64,000 nt of DNA from an uncultured Acidobacteriota bacterium (lineage in GTDB: Bacteria > Acidobacteriota > Thermoanaerobaculia > Multivoradales > SZUA-115): the NCBI GenBank assembly GCA_963805975.1, contig CAWDVR010000002.1:768001-832000 (forward strand), written 5' to 3'. The translations under genes were made by a program, and so were the position numbers. The notes under the pieces were generated by a model. It was not told where the DNA came from, ran no database searches, and was given only the letters and a program-made list of their open reading frames with translations. Shown here one piece after another: positions 25,927 to 34,194 of this stretch (positions are counted from its first letter, which is position 1; each line of letters begins with the position of its first letter).

Positions 25927-27102
25927 TCATGCTCCTGACGCGAGCGCGTTCGCGATGCGGGAAAGGGCCGTCTCGAGGGTCTGCCGCGAGCAGGCGAAGG
26001 AGATGCGTACGTGGTCGTCGTCCCCGAAGGCGATGCCCGGCACTACCGCCACCCCGGCCTGGTGCAGCAGGAACTCCGAGAGCTCCACCGAGCCCTGGCG
26101 GCCCGGCCGGTAGCAGCCGGCGACGTTGGGGAAGGCGTAGAAGGTACCGCGCGGCGGCGCGCAGCGGAACCCGGGGATCCGCGCCAGGCCCGCGGTGACG
26201 AGATCGCGGCGCGCCAGGTACTCGGCGATCATCGCCTCGACCTCCGGCTCGGCCGCGGCCAGCGCCCCGAGCGCTCCCTTCATGGCAAACGAGGTGGGGT
26301 TCGAGGTGCTGTGGCTCTGGAGCGTCGCCATCGCCTTGACGAGGCCGGGCGGGCCGAACACGTAGCCCAGCCGCCAGCCGGTCATGGCGTAGGTCTTGGA
26401 GAAAGAACCGACCAGCACCACGGTCTCCGGGAACTCCGCCGCCAGGCTCGCCGAGCTCGCGAAGCCGTCGCCGTAGACGAAGCGGTCGTAGGTTTCGTCG
26501 GCGATGAACGGGATGCCGCGCGCCGCGCAGGCTTCGACCACGCGCCGCAGATCCTCGGCCGCCATGATGCCGCCGGTCGGGTTGGATGGTGAGTTGACGA
26601 GCACGGCGCGGGTGCGCTCGGAGAGCGCCCTGAGGATGGGCTCGGCGTGGATCGTGAACCCGTCCTCGCCGGCCGTCGGCACCAGCACCGGGGTCGCGCC
26701 GGTCAAGCGGATCTGCTCGGGAAAGCTCACCCAGCAGGGGCTCGGCAGCACCACCTCGTCGCCCTGATCGAAGAGGGCGAGCGCCAGGTGGTAGAGGGCC
26801 ATCTTCGCGCCCACCGTGATCAGGCCGTCCCCGGCGCTCCAGGGAGCTCCATAGCGGCGGGCGAGCACCGCGGCCACGGCCTGCCGCAGCTCCTTGAGAC
26901 CATTGCCGTCCGTGTACTTGGTAAAGCCCTGGGTGAGGGCCTCGCGCGCGGCGTCGACCGCCACCCTGGGCGAGCCGAAGTCGGGCTCGCCGACGCCCAG
27001 GTCCAGCACGTCTTTCCCCTGGGCGCGCAGCTCGGCCGCCAGCCGTCCCACCTTGAGCGTGGTCGACTCGCCGACTCGCGCCATGCGGGCCGCGAGCTTC
27101 AT
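25927..27102 (-). CDS. PLP-dependent aminotransferase class I (aspartate aminotransferase-like)
   Basis: GEPDF, NSPSNPTG, DETY, SFSKTYAMTGWRLGY. Confidence 0.92.
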   Translation of the reverse strand: MKLAARMARVGESTTLKVGRLAAELRAQGKDVLDLGVGEPDFGSPRVAVDAAREALTQGFTKYTDGNGLKELRQAVAAVLARRYGAPWSAGDGLITVGAKMALYHLALALFDQGDEVVLPSPCWVSFPEQIRLTGATPVLVPTAGEDGFTIHAEPILRALSERTRAVLVNSPSNPTGGIMAAEDLRRVVEACAARGIPFIADETYDRFVYGDGFASSASLAAEFPETVVLVGSFSKTYAMTGWRLGYVFGPPGLVKAMATLQSHSTSNPTSFAMKGALGALAAAEPEVEAMIAEYLARRDLVTAGLARIPGFRCAPPRGTFYAFPNVAGCYRPGRQGSVELSEFLLHQAGVAVVPGIAFGDDDHVRISFACSRQTLETALSRIANALASGA

Positions 27103-27178
27103 GGGAGGCCTGAATCCACGGCGCGGATGGTATCACCGGGCGGCGGCCCGAACGGTGGCCATGCTATTCTCGAAGCGT

Positions 27179-28057
27179 ATGCGGAAACGGCTGCCCGCCC
27201 TGGCGCTCGCCGCTCTCTGGACCGCTTCGACGTGGGCGGTGCCCTCTGCCCATGCGAGCGCTGCGGGCGCCGGCTGGCTGACGAGCCTCGGCGAGGCGAA
27301 GAAGGCGGCCGAGGCGAGCGGGCGGCTCCTGGTGGTGGACCTCTACGCCGACTGGTGTGGGTGGTGCAAGGTGCTCGAGCGCGAGGTGTTCTCCTCGCCC
27401 CAGTTCAAGCAGTACGCGAGCAAGTTCGTCCTCCTGCGGGTGGACGTCGAGGACGGCGGCGAGGGCTCCATGCTGCAGAGCCGCTTCGAGGCCTACTCGT
27501 TGCCCACCACCCTGGTGCTCGATCCCGATCTCGTGCTGGTCGGCCGGGTCGAAGGCTATGCGCCGGTGGACGGCTTCCTGAAGAGCCTGGAGGGCGAGAT
27601 CGCCACCTACGGCAAGCTCGCCGCCCGCTTCGACAAAGAGAAGGGAAGCTCCAACCTGCGGGTGCTCGAGGGGCTCGCCGGCGAGCTCTTCGCCCGCACG
27701 GACGGCCGCCGGGCCGCCGCTCTCTACCAGCGGATGATCGACGCCGGCAAGCCGTCGCCGGCGATAGTGCCGCGCATCGAGTACCAGCTCGCCGAGTCCT
27801 GGCGCCTCGCCGGCGACTACGGCAAGGCCCGCACCGCTCTCGAGGCCGCGCGGCGCGACGCCACGGCGCGCAAGGACTCGGCGGTGGTCGAGGCCTGCGA
27901 TCTCCTGGCGGCGCGCATCGCCCAGGCGAGCGGTGACTGCCGGCAGGCCATCACCGCCCTCGAGGCGTTCCTCAAGCAGTATCCGCAGAGCGGCTTCCAA
28001 GAGTTCGCCCGTCACAACCTGCGCTCTCTCAAGCAGCAGGGCCCGTCCTGCTCGTAG
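27179..28057 (+). CDS. Exported thioredoxin-family protein with C-terminal TPR
   Basis: Signal peptide, YADWCGWCK, SLPT, helical TPR-like C-terminus. Confidence 0.85.
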   Translation: MRKRLPALALAALWTASTWAVPSAHASAAGAGWLTSLGEAKKAAEASGRLLVVDLYADWCGWCKVLEREVFSSPQFKQYASKFVLLRVDVEDGGEGSMLQSRFEAYSLPTTLVLDPDLVLVGRVEGYAPVDGFLKSLEGEIATYGKLAARFDKEKGSSNLRVLEGLAGELFARTDGRRAAALYQRMIDAGKPSPAIVPRIEYQLAESWRLAGDYGKARTALEAARRDATARKDSAVVEACDLLAARIAQASGDCRQAITALEAFLKQYPQSGFQEFARHNLRSLKQQGPSCS

Positions 28058-28060
28058 CTC

Positions 28061-28135
28061 GGACGGCCGGCACAGGTCCGGCCGCTACGTTCAGAACGTG
28101 CTTCCGGACGTAGCGGCCGGGCTCGTACCGGCCGT
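28061..28135. repeat. Inverted doublet of GTAG-family REP sequences (REPIN/BIME-like)
   Basis: Minus strand GTAG-CGGCCGG-ACCTGTG-CCGGCCGT and plus strand GTAG-CGGCCGG-GCTCGTA-CCGGCCGT; 13-bp perfect inner inverted repeat at 28078-28090/28108-28120. Confidence 0.7.
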
Positions 28136-28204
28136 GCGACCTCAGGCATGAAAGGTCCCGGGCGGCGGGGCATAGGCGAGTGCGCTCGTCCTGTTAGAGA
28201 ATCC

Positions 28205-30055
28205 ATGTCGATGACGACCTGCCTCCGCGGCACCGCGCTCGCCTGTCTCGCTTTCTCCCTGGCCCTCCCCGCCGCCGCCGTTCGGCCCCAGGTCGAGAAG
28301 GCCAAGGTGAGCTTCGCGCTCGATCGCACCGCCTACGAGCCCGGCACCACGGCTCGCCTCGCCGCGGTGCTGGACATCGAAGACGGCTGGCACGTCAACG
28401 CCAACCCGGCGAGCTTCGACTACCTGATCCCGACCGCGCTCGAGCTCGAGGCGCCGGCCGGCTGGCCGCAGGCCGCGGTGACCTATCCGCAGGGCAAGAG
28501 GCTCCCCTTCGCGTTCGCCGAGGAACCGCTCTCGGTCTACGACGGACGGGTGGCCCTGGTGGCCCGGATGGCGGTGCCGTCCGAGGCCGGCGCGGGGGCG
28601 GTGAAAGTCCGCGCCACCGTCACCTACCAGGCTTGCGACGACAGCTCCTGCCTGCCGCCGGTGACCAAGGAGGAGGAGGTCGAGATCAGGGTTGGCGCCG
28701 GCGGCGAACCGGCGAACGATGGGGTGTTCACGGCGGCGAGCAGTGCCCCCCCGCCCTCGGGCGGCGCGCCCCGGCGCGGCCTCCTCGGCATCCTGCTGCT
28801 CGCGCTGCTGGGCGGGTTGATCCTGAACGCCATGCCCTGCGTGCTGCCGGTGCTCTCGCTCAAGGTCTTCGGCCTGGTCAAGAGCGCCGGCGGGGGGGGC
28901 CGCGCGGTGTCGGCCGGCGCCCTCGCCACCGCGGCCGGCATCCTGATCTCGTTCTGGGCCCTGGCCGCCGCCGCCGTCGCCGCCAAGTCGGCCGGCTCGG
29001 CCGTGGGCTGGGGCATCCAGTTCCAGAACCCCGCCTTCGTCACCTTCCTGACGGTGGTGGTGCTGCTCTTCTGCCTCAACCTCTGGGGCCTGTTCGAGAT
29101 CACGCTGCCGGCGCGGCTCGGCCGCCTGGAGGGCCAGGGCAGGCGCGAGGGCGCCGCCGGCCACTTCGCCTCCGGGCTCTTCGCCACGCTGATGGCGACG
29201 CCCTGCTCGGCTCCCTTCCTCGGCACCGCGCTCGGCTTCGCCCTGGGCCAGACGGCGGCCGTGATCCTCGCCGTCTTCACCGCCGTGGGGATAGGGATGG
29301 CGCTCCCCTACCTGGTGCTCGCGGTGGCGCCCGGTGCGGCCCGGCTGCTGCCGCGGCCCGGTGCCTGGATGGACACGGTGCGGGGCCTGATGGGCTTCCT
29401 GCTGGCCGGCGCCGCGGTGTGGCTGCTCTACGTGCTCTCCGCCCAGGTCTCCCCGGTGCGGCTGGCGGTGATCGAGGTCTGCCTGGTGGTGATCGCGCTC
29501 TTCGTCTGGCTGCGCCACCGCGCCGCGACGGGGCCGCGGCCGGCCGCTCGGCTGCTGGTCACCGGCGGGCTCCTGGCGGCGCTCGTCGCCACCCTGGCCC
29601 TGGCCTGGAAGGTGGAGGCGCCTGCCTCGAGCCGGGCGGCCGCCGAGACGCCGGGGCTGATCTCCTGGGCGCCCTTCGACCGCGCCGAGGCCGAGGCGCT
29701 CGCCGCCGAAGGACGGCTGGTGTTCGTCGACGTGACCGCGGACTGGTGCTTCACCTGCAAGTTCAACGAGAAGCTGGTGCTCGACACGGCCGAGGTGGCG
29801 GGTGCCTTCGCGCGCCAGGACGTGCTGGCGATGAAGGCGGACTGGACCAATCGCAACGACGAGATCGGCGACTACCTGGCGAGCTTCGACCGCTACGGCA
29901 TCCCGTTCTACGTCCTCTACCGCCCCGGCGCTCCGCCCAAGGTGTTCAGCGAGCTGCTGAGCAAGGAGGCGGTGCTGGCGGCCGTGGAGGAGGCGGCGAG
30001 CCTCAGGACTGCCGCTCGCCTTCCTCTGCCTGCCTCTCCTTCGCCTTCTCCCTGA
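28205..30055 (+). CDS. dsbD: Thiol:disulfide interchange protein (DsbD family)
   Basis: GWHVNAN, YQACDDSSCLPP, LNAMPCVLPV, ATPCSAPF, TADWCFTCK. Confidence 0.9.
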   Translation: MSMTTCLRGTALACLAFSLALPAAAVRPQVEKAKVSFALDRTAYEPGTTARLAAVLDIEDGWHVNANPASFDYLIPTALELEAPAGWPQAAVTYPQGKRLPFAFAEEPLSVYDGRVALVARMAVPSEAGAGAVKVRATVTYQACDDSSCLPPVTKEEEVEIRVGAGGEPANDGVFTAASSAPPPSGGAPRRGLLGILLLALLGGLILNAMPCVLPVLSLKVFGLVKSAGGGGRAVSAGALATAAGILISFWALAAAAVAAKSAGSAVGWGIQFQNPAFVTFLTVVVLLFCLNLWGLFEITLPARLGRLEGQGRREGAAGHFASGLFATLMATPCSAPFLGTALGFALGQTAAVILAVFTAVGIGMALPYLVLAVAPGAARLLPRPGAWMDTVRGLMGFLLAGAAVWLLYVLSAQVSPVRLAVIEVCLVVIALFVWLRHRAATGPRPAARLLVTGGLLAALVATLALAWKVEAPASSRAAAETPGLISWAPFDRAEAEALAAEGRLVFVDVTADWCFTCKFNEKLVLDTAEVAGAFARQDVLAMKADWTNRNDEIGDYLASFDRYGIPFYVLYRPGAPPKVFSELLSKEAVLAAVEEAASLRTAARLPLPASPSPSP

Positions 30056-31382
30056 GCGCCCGGAACCTCGCGAGCCGCGCTCCCAGCTCCGCCTCGAAGC
30101 CCTCTCCCCCGGGCTCGTAGAACCGGGTGCCGAGGAGAGTCTCGGGCAGGCAGTCGAGGCCGCCCACTCCTTCCTCCGTGTCCGGCGCGTAGACGTAGCC
30201 CTTGCCGTAGCCCAGGCCCGACATCAGCTTCGTGGGGGCGTTGCGGATGACCAGCGGCACCGGGTCCGCCGGCCGTTCCTCGACCGTCCGGCGCGCCTCG
30301 CCGTAGGCCACGTAGGCGCGGTTGCTCTTGGGGGCCAGCGCGAGGTACACGGCGAGCTCCGCCAGCGCCAGCTCCCCCTCGGGCGAGCCCAGGCGGCGGA
30401 AGGCGTCCCAGGCCGCGAGCGAAAGCGGCAGCGCCTGGGGATCGGCGAGGCCGATGTCCTCGCTCGCCATGCGGGTCATGCGGCGGGCGAGATAGAGCGG
30501 GTCCTCGCCGGAGGCGAGCATGCGGGCGAGCCAGTAGAGGGCGGCGTCCGGGTCGCTCTCGCGCACCGACTTGTGGAGCGCCGAGATCAGGTTGTAGTGC
30601 TCCTCGCCGGACTTGTCGTAGAGCAGCACCTTGCGCTGCGACACGCGCCGCACGTCCTCCGCCTGGATGGCGCCGCCTTGCCCGGCGTCCGCCGCCGCCA
30701 GCTCCAGGAGGTTCAGGAGCCGGCGCGCATCCCCCGAGGCGAGCTGCGCCAGCTCGGCCAGGGCTGCATCATCGGCCGAGACCTCGAGCGCCCCCAGGCC
30801 CCGCTCGGCGTCGGCCAGCGCACGCCGCGCCAGGGCCTCGAGATCCTGTGTCGACAGCGGTTGCAGCACGACCACCCGGCAGCGCGACAAGAGCGCCGCG
30901 TTGAGCTCGAAGGAAGGGTTCTCGGTGGTGGCCCCGACCAGCACAATGTCGCCGCTCTCGACGTAGGGCAGGAAGGCGTCCTGCTGGGCGCGGTTGAAGC
31001 GGTGGATCTCGTCGACGAAGAGCAGGGTCCGGCGGCCGGTGGCACGGCGCAGGCGCATGGCGTCGGCCATCACCTCCTTGACCTCCTTGATACCGGCGGT
31101 CACGGCCGAGAACGGCACGAAGCTCCAGGTGGTCTCGATGGCGATGATGCGGGCGAGCGTCGTCTTGCCGCTGCCGGGCGGCCCCCAGAAGATGAGCGAC
31201 GGCACGCGGTGGTCGGAGATGGCTCGCGCCAGGAAGCCGCCCTTGCCCACCATCTCCTGCTGCCCCACCACCTCCTCGAGGCTCCGCGGGCGCAGCCGCT
31301 CGGCGAGCGGCGTGCCGGCAACGCTCGCCGGCGCCTCCGCCCGCGCGCCGGCTTCCTGGTCGTCGAAGAGGGAGGGGGCCAC
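30003..31382 (-). CDS. rarA: Replication-associated recombination protein A
   Basis: PLAERLRP, WGPPGSGKTT, FVDEIHRFNRAQQD, YDKSGEEHYNLISALHKS, ASEDIGLADP. Confidence 0.96.
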   Translation of the reverse strand: MAPSLFDDQEAGARAEAPASVAGTPLAERLRPRSLEEVVGQQEMVGKGGFLARAISDHRVPSLIFWGPPGSGKTTLARIIAIETTWSFVPFSAVTAGIKEVKEVMADAMRLRRATGRRTLLFVDEIHRFNRAQQDAFLPYVESGDIVLVGATTENPSFELNAALLSRCRVVVLQPLSTQDLEALARRALADAERGLGALEVSADDAALAELAQLASGDARRLLNLLELAAADAGQGGAIQAEDVRRVSQRKVLLYDKSGEEHYNLISALHKSVRESDPDAALYWLARMLASGEDPLYLARRMTRMASEDIGLADPQALPLSLAAWDAFRRLGSPEGELALAELAVYLALAPKSNRAYVAYGEARRTVEERPADPVPLVIRNAPTKLMSGLGYGKGYVYAPDTEEGVGGLDCLPETLLGTRFYEPGGEGFEAELGARLARFRALREKAKERQAEEGERQS

Positions 31383-31683
31383 AGGGTGATTCTATGGCCG
31401 GGAGGCGAGCCGCCGGCTCAACCGGTGCGCTGCGCGGGCCTGGGGCGAGGCAGGAAATAGACGTTCGACCAGGGCCGCAGAAGCGCCCGGCACTCGCGCT
31501 GCGACAGAGCTCGGGAGGCGACGGCCCTGGGCGCACGAGGGCGCCGGGAAGCGAGGATCGGATCGACGCCGCGTTCGAGCACCGCAGCGAGCAGCCACTG
31601 GCAGAGCGTGCGGCGCGCGGCTGAGCCGCGAAAGGTCGTCACCCGAGCATCTTAGCCGCGATGGAACCACGTGTACCTTGCCC

Positions 31684-31726
31684 ATCGTCCATCACGTGGA
31701 CGATAATCGTCCACGTGATGGACGAT
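31684..31726. promoter_or_regulatory. Perfect 43-bp nested palindrome (two ATCGTCCA-N5-TGGACGAT units) over the promoter and start codon of the DUF4143 gene
   Basis: ATCGTCCATCACGTGGACGAT-A-ATCGTCCACGTGATGGACGAT; candidate -35 TTGCCC at 31678 and -10 GATAAT at 31702; ATG at 31718. Confidence 0.75.
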
Positions 31727-32953
31727 TATCAGATCCTCCCTCGCCTGGCTTCCGGCCTGCTCCAACGTGTCATGGAGGTTTCGCCAGTGGTCGTGGTGAT
31801 GGGTGCTCGCCAGACCGGAAAGAGCACTCTCGTCCAATCCGAACCCTCGCTCGCAGATGCGCTCTACCTGACCCTCGACGATCTCGCCGCACGCGAGCGG
31901 GCGATAACCGCCCCGGACGACTTCGTACACAGCGCGCCCCGCCTGATCCTCGACGAGGTCCAACGCCAGCCGGAGCTGGTCCTCGCCATCAAGCGGGCCG
32001 TCGACCGTGATCGCCCGCGTGTCCCCGGCCGCTTCGTGGTCACCGGCTCGGCGAACCTCCTGCTCATGCAACGGATCTCCGAGACCCTGGCCGGCCGGGC
32101 AACCTACGTCACCCTGTGGCCGCTCTCGCGGCGGGAAAAGCTGGGGTTGGGGCGGGCCGGTCTCTGGGACGAGCTCTTTTCGACGCCGCCCCGTCAGTGG
32201 TACGACCTTCTTCGGCAGCAGCCGCCTCGGTCGGTAAGCTGGGAGGCCGAGGTCCGAGTCGGGGGCTACCCGACGCCCGCGGCGGAGCTCAGGTCAGACG
32301 CAGATCGAGCGATCTGGTTCGATGGCTACTTGCGGACCTACCTCGAGCGCGACCTCCAAGACCTCGCCGCGATCGACAACCTGCTGGACTTCCGGCGCCT
32401 GATGCGTGCGACTTGCCTGCGGCTCGGCAACCTCGTCAACCAGGCCGAGCTGGGGCGGGACACGGGCATTCCTCGTCCCACCGTTCATCGCTACCTGAAC
32501 CTCCTCGAGACATCCTTTCAACTGGTGCGCTTGGAGCCCTATGCGGTCAACCGGACCAAGCGACTCATCAAGGCTCCCAAGCTCTACTGGAGCGACCCTG
32601 GCCTGGCCCTCTACCTGAGCGGCCTCGAGCAGCCAACGGGTTTTCACCTGGAGAACCTCGTGCTCGTGGATCTCCTCGTCTGGCGCGATGCACAGGTGCC
32701 GCGGCCGGAGGTTCTCTACTGGCGCACGGCCGCCGGGCTCGAGGTCGATTTCGTCATCGAGCACCGCCGCGGGCTTCTACCCATCGAGGTGAAGGCTACG
32801 TCCCGACCGGGATCGAAAGATATCCGCGCGCTGCAAGCGTTTCGCGACGAGTACCCTGACCTCTTCCTCGGCGGCCTGCTGCTCCACGATGGCGAGGAGA
32901 CGCAGTGGCTCTCGGACTCCATCCTCGCGGTCCCCTGGCATCGGGTCGTCTGA
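31718..32953 (+). CDS. AAA_14 ATPase with wHTH and DUF4143 / PD-(D/E)XK C-terminal domain
   Basis: GARQTGKST, LILDEVQ, VTGSAN, ETLAGR, HTH (AELGRDTGIPRPTVHRYL), KAPKLYWSD, EVDFVIE..IEVK. Confidence 0.92.
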   Translation: MDDYQILPRLASGLLQRVMEVSPVVVVMGARQTGKSTLVQSEPSLADALYLTLDDLAARERAITAPDDFVHSAPRLILDEVQRQPELVLAIKRAVDRDRPRVPGRFVVTGSANLLLMQRISETLAGRATYVTLWPLSRREKLGLGRAGLWDELFSTPPRQWYDLLRQQPPRSVSWEAEVRVGGYPTPAAELRSDADRAIWFDGYLRTYLERDLQDLAAIDNLLDFRRLMRATCLRLGNLVNQAELGRDTGIPRPTVHRYLNLLETSFQLVRLEPYAVNRTKRLIKAPKLYWSDPGLALYLSGLEQPTGFHLENLVLVDLLVWRDAQVPRPEVLYWRTAAGLEVDFVIEHRRGLLPIEVKATSRPGSKDIRALQAFRDEYPDLFLGGLLLHDGEETQWLSDSILAVPWHRVV

Positions 32954-32982
32954 GGAAAAGTGGCCGGTAGGGGCCGCAGCCG

Positions 32983-34008
32983 CTATGCCGGCCGCACGGC
33001 ACCGGCGGCGATCGAGGCCACGACCTGGTCGGTGAACTCGGAGGTCGAGGCCGTGCCCCCCAGGTCGCGGGTATAGACCTGCCGCGTGACGATGGTGTCG
33101 TAGAGGCCGCCGCGCACGCGCTCCGCGATCTCGTTCAGGCCCAGGTGGCGGAGCATGAGGATCGCCGAGCGCACGAGGGCGAGCGGGTTCGCGAGATTCT
33201 TGCCGGCGATGTCGGGGGCGCTGCCATGGACGGCCTCGAACACGGCGACGGTGAGGCCGAGGTTGGCGCCCGGCACCACGCCGAGGCCGCCCACCAGCCC
33301 GGCCGCGAGGTCCGAGACGATGTCGCCATAGAGGTTCTCGAGCACCAGCACGTCGTACTCCTCGGGCCGCACCACGAGCTGCATGCAGAGGTTGTCGATG
33401 ATCTTGTCGTCGAAACGGATCTCCGGGTACTCCTTCGCAACTGTGCGGCAGCAGTCGAGAAAGAGCCCGTCCGACTTCTTCATGATGTTGGCCTTGTGCA
33501 CGGCCGTGACGCGCTGGCGGCCGTGGAGGCGCGCGTAGTCGAAGGCGAAGCGGGCGATGCGCGTGGAAGCCACGGCGGTGATGATCTTCAGGCTCTCGAC
33601 CACCCCCGGCACCACCTCGTGCTCGAGCCCGCGGTAGAGGCCCTCGGTGTTCTCGCGCACGATGATCAGGTCGACGCCGGGGAACTTGGTCGGCAGGCCG
33701 GGCAAGGTGCGCGCCGGCCGCAGGTTGGCGTAGAGGTCGAGCTCCTGGCGGAGCTGGACGTTGATCGAGGAGAAGCCCTTGCCCACCGGCGTCGTCACCG
33801 GGCCCTTGAGCGCCACCTTGTTGCGGCGGATGGACTCGAGCACCTCTGCCGGCAGCGGCACGCCGTGCTTCTCCACCGCCTCGGCGCCGGCCACGTGACG
33901 CTCCCATTCGAAGTCCGCGCCCGCGGCGGCGAGGATCTCGAGCGTCGCATCCGCCACCTCCGGGCCGATGCCGTCGCCGGCGAGAAGGGTGATGGTGGGC
34001 TTGCTCAT
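32983..34008 (-). CDS. icd: NAD-dependent isocitrate/isopropylmalate dehydrogenase family protein
   Basis: GDGIGPEV, SINVQLRQELDLYANLRP, RENTEGLY, VHKANIMK, NLYGDIVSD, FEAVHGSAPDIAG. Confidence 0.88.
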   Translation of the reverse strand: MSKPTITLLAGDGIGPEVADATLEILAAAGADFEWERHVAGAEAVEKHGVPLPAEVLESIRRNKVALKGPVTTPVGKGFSSINVQLRQELDLYANLRPARTLPGLPTKFPGVDLIIVRENTEGLYRGLEHEVVPGVVESLKIITAVASTRIARFAFDYARLHGRQRVTAVHKANIMKKSDGLFLDCCRTVAKEYPEIRFDDKIIDNLCMQLVVRPEEYDVLVLENLYGDIVSDLAAGLVGGLGVVPGANLGLTVAVFEAVHGSAPDIAGKNLANPLALVRSAILMLRHLGLNEIAERVRGGLYDTIVTRQVYTRDLGGTASTSEFTDQVVASIAAGAVRPA

Positions 34009-34194
34009 GGCGGGCGGGAAGGTATCACAGCGGGAGCATTCCCAGCCCCGAGACGAGCGGCCGATTTCCACCGCCTGCATTCTCGCGCCTGAGACCCCAA
34101 ACCAACGAAAAGGCCCGCAAACACGAGGGTTTCCGCGTGGTCTCGCCCTTGCTCTCCACGACCGACAGACCATCGATCGAAAGGAGCCTCGGGT

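Noticed and set aside
28892-28899. G8 homopolymer in dsbD as a phase-variation tract
   Set aside because: It is an in-frame Gly run, short, and unsurprising at this GC content.
30003-30055. Convergent overlap of the dsbD and rarA 3' ends
   Set aside because: Low-complexity tail overlap, common in GC-rich genomes.
31392-31660. Intergenic stretch and short ORFs between rarA and the DUF4143 gene
   Set aside because: No recognisable protein motif, tRNA or ncRNA consensus.
31684-31726. Palindrome read as a CRISPR repeat or intrinsic terminator
   Set aside because: It has no spacers, cas genes or U-tract, and it overlaps a promoter and start codon.
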